Source: Caecitellus pseudoparvulus
Taxonomy: Eukaryota; Protista; Bigyra: Bicosoecida
Assembly (NCBI GenBank): GCA_965644315.1
Contig: CBFFRQ010000079.1
Span: forward strand, 62,001-126,000
Length of the DNA stretch: 64,000 bases
Direction: 5' to 3'
The position numbers were made by a program, and so were the translations under genes. Numbering within the stretch: position 1 is the first letter of the stretch; every line of letters begins with the position of its first letter. A model generated the notes under the pieces. That model searched no databases. It was not told the DNA's origin and saw only the letters and a program-made list of their open reading frames with translations. Shown here one piece after another: positions 58,869 to 64,000 of the stretch.

Positions 58869-60333
58869 ATGGCTGCAGCGGCTAAGCCCCAGGCAGAAGC
58901 CTTCACCTTCAGGGCTGCCAGGCAAGACGAAGTCACGGAATGGGGTGCTTTGTGCGGAAAGGCTTTTGCTCACCGGTCTGGTGCGGCTGCCGTGATGTGT
59001 GGGCCGCCACCAGCCACCCGTCATGCACCGCTGTGACATGCTGCTGCTGCACAGGCCGGGCGCAGCGCTTCCTGGACAAGTACCTGGCAGACCCAACCCA
59101 AGATGTTGAGGACTTGCGTGTCGCCGTCACACCCGATGGGCGCCTGGTTTCGACGGTGGGTGACTTCGACTGGACCCGGCGCGAAACGCTGGCTTCGTGA
59201 AACGCCGCCTTGCTTGCACCCTTCAGGTCCGCGTGTTCAACCGGTCCTGCTTCTTCGGCAAGGAGATTTTGCCCTGCTTTGGCATCGGAGAAGTGTCCAC
59301 AGATCCTGCTTACCGGGGGAAAGGCCTGGCCAGGCACGTCATGAATGATTCCCTGGACCGCATCGACTGCGGACCCGCCACTGTGTCCTCTCTCTCTGCT
59401 GCCGAGGGTGTGGAGCGCTTCTACGCTAGCTTTGGCTATGTTGCCTTCCCCATGCGGTACACTGCGCTGAAGGTGCCCCTCACGCCTTCCCCCGCTGCTC
59501 CTGCCGCCAGCTTGCCCACGCACGCTGCTGAGGGTGAGTCCGCCGTGGCCCGCCGCATCCGCTCCCTGGCGTCGTCCTTCGGAGCTGCGGCGGCGACGGT
59601 GGCGTCTGCAGTTGGAGTGGGCAGTGCAGCTGCCCCAGCGCCGCCTGCAGCCTCGCCCGAGTATCAGGTGACTCTGCAGGGCACTGAGCTGCGCCTGCGG
59701 CCAGTGCCGGTGGCCGAGTACGTCTTTGAGCTGTCCACGGTGTACGACCACTATAACAGTGGGCTGTGGGGCACCGTGGCCCGCTCGCATGCGTACTGGC
59801 GCGAGTATGTCCCCTTCAAGCTGCCACATGGTCTGTGGGGCGCCTTCGCCGCAAACCCCGCCGCGGCGCCAGCGGGGGGGGCTGGGACCGGGGCCCCCTT
59901 CACCTCCCTTGTCGGGTATGTGGGGGTGGTGGAGAAGCGCGGCAAGGCCAAGTTGGCGGAGTACGGCGCCGCCAAGGGTTGGGAGGGCGACGCCGGCCTC
60001 TTCAGCACCCTCCTGCAGGTGGCGTGCCTGAACAACCCTGCTGTGTCTGCGCTGGGGTGTGTGAGCGAGGGGTCCAGTGTGCCGAGCGTGCCGGTCATCA
60101 CGCCCATGGCTCCTCTGACTCGCCTGCCGGAGCTGGGCGCCGTCGCGGATGAGAAGCTGACGGATGACAGCTGGATGTACCGCATCCGGCCTGGGCTGGA
60201 GGTGGAGCCGAAGCAGACGGTGGCCCGCGGCAAGCGCAAGCCTCGGGGGCTGCAGCCGTGGCAGGTCCTGGCAGGGCTGCAAGGTGCGGCTGCCAAGGAC
60301 CTGCACGTCATGTGGTTCACAGATGCGTTCTAG
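58869..60333 (+). CDS. GNAT acetyltransferase (Eis-like N-terminal domain)
   Basis: FRAARQDE, GRLVSTVRVF.R, GIGEVSTDPAYRGKGLA, FYASFGY; two introns. Confidence 0.85.
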
Positions 60334-60520
60334 GAATGCACGGAGGCTACCGCCGCACGCAGCACTGCTGGTCAGGGGTGGCGGCAGGCTTTGTGCGGCC
60401 CGCCGCGCTCCCGCTGGCGACAATCCCTCGCAGCGACACAAATCAAAATGTGTCGACATTGTTCACAGCACTGTGCCTGCTCGTCTTGCGCCCATTGTCC
60501 TCGAACTGCTGGCCTGTGCC

Positions 60521-60530
60521 TGCGGAAATT
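60521..60530. promoter_or_regulatory. TGCGGAAATT element about 80 nt upstream of MRPL43
   Basis: One of 10 copies, all near gene 5' ends. Confidence 0.45.
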
Positions 60531-60608
60531 GCAACTCACCCCCAGCTCTGCCGACTGAGCAGCGCTGGGCAGTTTGCTCATCTCCCTCCCGGAACACGAC
60601 ACCTTAGA

Positions 60609-61146
60609 ATGTGCTCACAGGGCACCTGGCAGCTGGAGAAGCTTGTGGTGCAGTACTGCAAGCGCAGTGGCAGCAGCAAGGGCGTGCGGTGCGTGCGCTG
60701 CCTGGCAGTGTGTTTCCGCGTGCAGACCTCGGCAGCGACTCGATGTGCTGTGCGTGCAGGGCGTTCATCACTGATGGCCTCGTGGACTTTGCGAAGAAGA
60801 ACCCCCAGATGACAGTGCACGCGAAACACAAGCACGGCGCGCACCCTCAGCTGGTGGGGCACTACGGTGCGTGCTGGCTGAGCAGCTGGCTCTCCGACTT
60901 GCGACACGTCGCCACGACCCCATCCACCCCTGCGCAGTCACTGGGCAGACCCGCTCCGTGGGTGTCAAGAACCAGGACGCAAGTGACGTGGCCAGACACG
61001 CCTGGCGTCTGAGGAACCAGACGGGGCACCGCGTGGTGGCTGTCGGCAACCCCGTGCGCTCGACGGCCGACTCGGTACAGGGCGTGTGGTCTCCTTCCCA
61101 CACGTTCGAGGAGTTTTCGTTGAAGATTGATGCAGAGTCTAGGTGA
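60609..61146 (+). CDS. MRPL43: Mitochondrial ribosomal protein L43 (mL43)
   Basis: MCSQGTWQLEKLVVQYCKRSGSSKGVR, HPQLVGHY, SVQGVW; two introns. Confidence 0.9.
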
Positions 61147-61451
61147 AGGCCGGCTCCCTCCTGATGTCCGGGGCAAGTTGTGCCCCAGCCGCATGCACCT
61201 GTGCGGCACCTTTGACAACGACCTGCTTGGCTGCCTCCACGACTAGCCCATGCTATTGAGCAGGAACCTTTAGCATGGAGGTGGGCTTTTAGAGATGCGC
61301 ACTCATGGCGCCCTCGGGCGTGGTGATTTCAGGGGCAATGCATTCGTGGCACTGTGGGCATTTCCCGCCGATCGCACTCCACTCAACTCCTTGCAGGGCT
61401 CCCTTGCCTGTGGTTGATGCTGAACCTGCAGGGCCATCGACCTCACCAACC

Positions 61452-62072
61452 ATGTCCAGTTCGTAGATCCTTGCTTGTTTGCCTGACGCACGGGGGCCGC
61501 AAACGCCGGCGGAATTCGCACGCTGTGGACCTCGACGCTTTGCTCGCAGACGTGCTCACTGAAGCGCGAATTGCGGAGCTGAAGGAGGCCTTCAGCCTGT
61601 TTGACGAAGAGGCGGATGGCAAGATTCAGATTTCGGAGCTGGGTGTCATCCTCCGAGCGCTCGGGCTGAACCCGACGCCAGAAGAGCTCAGTGACTTGCA
61701 CCAACTGTACGACGCAGACGGCAGTGGAAGTCTCGACTTCCCCGAGTTCTTGCACCTCATTGCAAATTACCAGTCTGAGGACAATGTTGCAGAGGAACTG
61801 AAGAAGCTCTTTGCGCTGCTTGACACGAACAAGTCAGGAACCGTGGAGTTGGCGGAGCTGTGCCAGGTGCTGTCTTGTGTGGGCGAGTGCATGGAGTCAG
61901 AAGAGCTGCTGGAGCTGCTGAGGGAAGCAGACACTGATGGAAACGGGGTCATTAACTACGACGAGTTTGTGGGTGAGTCTGCAGCCGCCTTCGCGCCGAC
62001 GGCAGCTGGGTGCCCTCGCTACGCACTGGCTCGCGCCCCGCCAACCGCTCCGCAGACTTGCTCATGGGATAG
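61452..62072 (+). CDS. Calmodulin-like EF-hand protein
   Basis: [58 protein letters not shown]; introns near both ends. Confidence 0.88.
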
Positions 62073-62365
62073 GTGGTTGCTTCTCCACCGCAGCAAGCTT
62101 TTGAAAGGAGTGCGGCCCGCTGCCCTGTAGCGCACCGTGAGGAGCCCTGCCTCCCTGGTTTGAGAGGAGCCCCCGTTGCAGCCGCTCAGGGGGGAATCCC
62201 CCGGCACAAAGGCACTGTAAACCCCAATTCATTGACGCTCACGCCACTTACTCCACTACATGTCCCCGTTTATCTTGGCGAACCGCTGGTGGGCGTGCTG
62301 TGAGAGGCTCCTTTCGGCGCGCAGGCTCGGCAGTGGGTGCAGGGCTGAGCTGCGCCACGCTTTTC

Positions 62366-63028
62366 ATGAGCAACTGGCTCTCAGTGCCTTCCCTCTCATT
62401 GCGGCGATCAGCGGGCGACCACGGGTACTCCAGGGTGCGCACAGATAGCTTTGACAGCAAGAGCGGGGACATAATGGCTTCTCGCGACGCAAGCCTTGGC
62501 ATCGGCTCGCCCTCCACGGAGGCCAGCAGCGTCATCGACGACACCTTGCTGGACAACGAAGAGCTGCGGAGCCTGTTGGGAGTGAAGCCGTCCAAACCAG
62601 AGGAGCTCCCTGGTCCCCACATGTGCGCCATGTGCTGCACTCTGTTCAGCCTCTTCGGGGCTGGCTTCTTGGTAGGTGCAGTGCGGAAGTTGGTGGCTGG
62701 CGCATTGCTCTGCACCACGCCCGCTCCGCGGCCTGCGCAGTTCTTGATTTACGGCATGCTTGTGAATGAGTACGAGTACTTGGAAATTTCAGGAGACCGC
62801 GAAGAGGCGGCCTCCGGCACGCTAGGAGCGGCCATCTGCTACATCGTCACGGCCGGCATCAGCATCGGGTTCTGGGTCAAGGGGTGCCTGGCTCGCAACG
62901 CTGCGCTGGCACGCCAGCGAGGCGTGGACGAGGGAGACGCCGGGTCCATCGCCTTCCTCTCACACAGTGGCCTTGCCCATGCTCGCTACGGCTCCCATGC
63001 TGGGCTGGGCACGTCCGAGGGCTTGTGA
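62366..63028 (+). CDS. RNASEK: RNase kappa / V-ATPase subunit f-like two-TM protein
   Basis: GPHMCAMCCTLFSLFGAGFL...GAAICYIVTAGISI resembles RNASEK GPKLAACGIVLSAWG...IAAGLYLL; one in-frame intron. Confidence 0.55.
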   Translation: MSNWLSVPSLSLRRSAGDHGYSRVRTDSFDSKSGDIMASRDASLGIGSPSTEASSVIDDTLLDNEELRSLLGVKPSKPEELPGPHMCAMCCTLFSLFGAGFLVGAVRKLVAGALLCTTPAPRPAQFLIYGMLVNEYEYLEISGDREEAASGTLGAAICYIVTAGISIGFWVKGCLARNAALARQRGVDEGDAGSIAFLSHSGLAHARYGSHAGLGTSEGL

Positions 63029-63035
63029 ATGCATT
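63028..63035. terminator. Palindromic AATGCATT, putative bidirectional poly(A) signal
   Basis: Overlaps the last base of the RNASEK TGA and ends 6 nt from the GPI TAA. Confidence 0.6.
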
Positions 63036-63041
63036 GCAGCG

Positions 63042-64000
63042 TTACATGTGTGCGTCGTCCGCGCTCACGTGCGCCAAGTACCGCTTCAGCAGGCTGCTGG
63101 TGCTGGGGTTGAAAGCAGCGCCCTCCAGGACGGCCGTCTCTGCACCTTGGCGGTGGCGGGCAGCCTGCAGGGTGGTGCGCACCTCCTTGGCCAACACCTT
63201 GCCCAGCTCCACGCCCCACTGGTCAAAGGACGCCACGCCCCACACAAAGCCCTGCACGGCCGTGCGGTGCTCATACAGCGCCAGCAGCTGCCCCACTGTG
63301 TATGCATCCAGGCGGTTGAAGAGCAGGGACGTGCTGGGGCGGTTGCCGTCGAAGGTCTTGTGGGGGATGAGCGCAGGCGGTGTGCCTGCCTCCGCCAGCT
63401 CCTTGGCGCTGCGGCCCACGGCCAGCGCATCTGGCTGGGCGAAGAAGTTGCTCATGAGCTCATCGTGGTTGGACACTGCCTCTCCGTCCCCCTGGATGGG
63501 CGCCTGGCTCTCTGCGAAGCCGATGAAGTCTGCCGGCACCACGCGGCCCTGGTGGATGAGCTGGTAAAAGGAGTGCTGGCCGTTGGTGCCTGGTTCGCCG
63601 AAGTTCACTTCACCTGCCGGGAAAGGCAGCACACTGCGAAGGGGGCAGGCGTGTGGATGGTGCCGGTGCCGGGCGGGTGTGGACTGGGCAGTTTCACCGC
63701 CTCGTGGTCACTCACGTGCCGTCCACAGTCACGCGCTTGCCGTTGCTCTCCATGTCCACTTGCTGAATGTGGGCCGCGAAACGCAGCAGGGCCTGGCTGT
63801 ACGGCAACAGCGCGCGCGAGGCATGGCCCAGCACGGAGCTGTTCCAGATGCCCAAGAGGCCCAGCACCACAGGCAAGTTGCGCTCCAGGGGAGTGTGCAG
63901 GAAGTGCTCGTCCATCTCCCGGGCTCCAGCCAAGAACTTGTTCACAGTCTCCATGCCATACTGCAGCGCGAGAGGCAGCACGCCGACAGCTGAGCAGACG
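63042..64000 (-). CDS. GPI: Glucose-6-phosphate isomerase, 3' part (5' end outside window)
   Basis: [60 protein letters not shown]. Confidence 0.97.

Noticed and set aside
3126-62740. Introner-like mobile introns or non-canonical splice sites
   Set aside because: Inferred introns share no internal sequence or terminal repeats, and those examined resolve as GT-AG
1-64000. Alternative genetic code, selenoproteins, CRISPR, tRNA/rRNA, endogenous virophage or transposase
   Set aside because: TGA, TAG and TAA all act as stops; in-frame stops are explained by introns; no repeat-spacer arrays, RNA gene signatures, long AT-rich inserts or integrase/RT motifs were seen

Overview
GC-rich, very compact eukaryotic nuclear DNA with about 32 protein-coding genes plus an SMU1 remnant. 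Introns are short (mostly about 50-90 nt), canonical GT-AG, and often use a GTGCG donor, so many genes are split across several ORFs in the supplied track. A SIG1/mastigoneme-like EGF protein and a ciliary-type IQ protein suggest a flagellated stramenopile-like protist (inference only). Genes recognised from remembered family motifs: PP2C, a SAM-methyltransferase-TPR protein, TAF9, LAMTOR5, MTFP1, tetraspanin, HDAC8-like, cytochrome b561, two GNATs, WDR18, HPRT, a MICAL-like flavoprotein, QIL1/MIC13-like, a PX protein, a P-loop kinase, an SLC25 carrier, a large LRR protein, kinesin-8, GT61 xylosyltransferase, CHD1L, COG4, MRPL43, calmodulin-like, RNASEK and partial GPI. I saw no tRNA, rRNA, CRISPR array or intact mobile element. 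The strongest unexplained signals are cis-regulatory. (1) A hexamer AAT(G/C/T)CA lies within about 45 nt of the stop of 18 of 32 genes on the sense strand and forms the palindrome AATGCATT shared by both genes at three tail-to-tail junctions, a candidate non-AAUAAA, bidirectional poly(A) signal. (2) A (T)GCGGAAATY element occurs 10 times, always near gene 5' ends. All gene models and homology calls were made by eye; no database searches were run.
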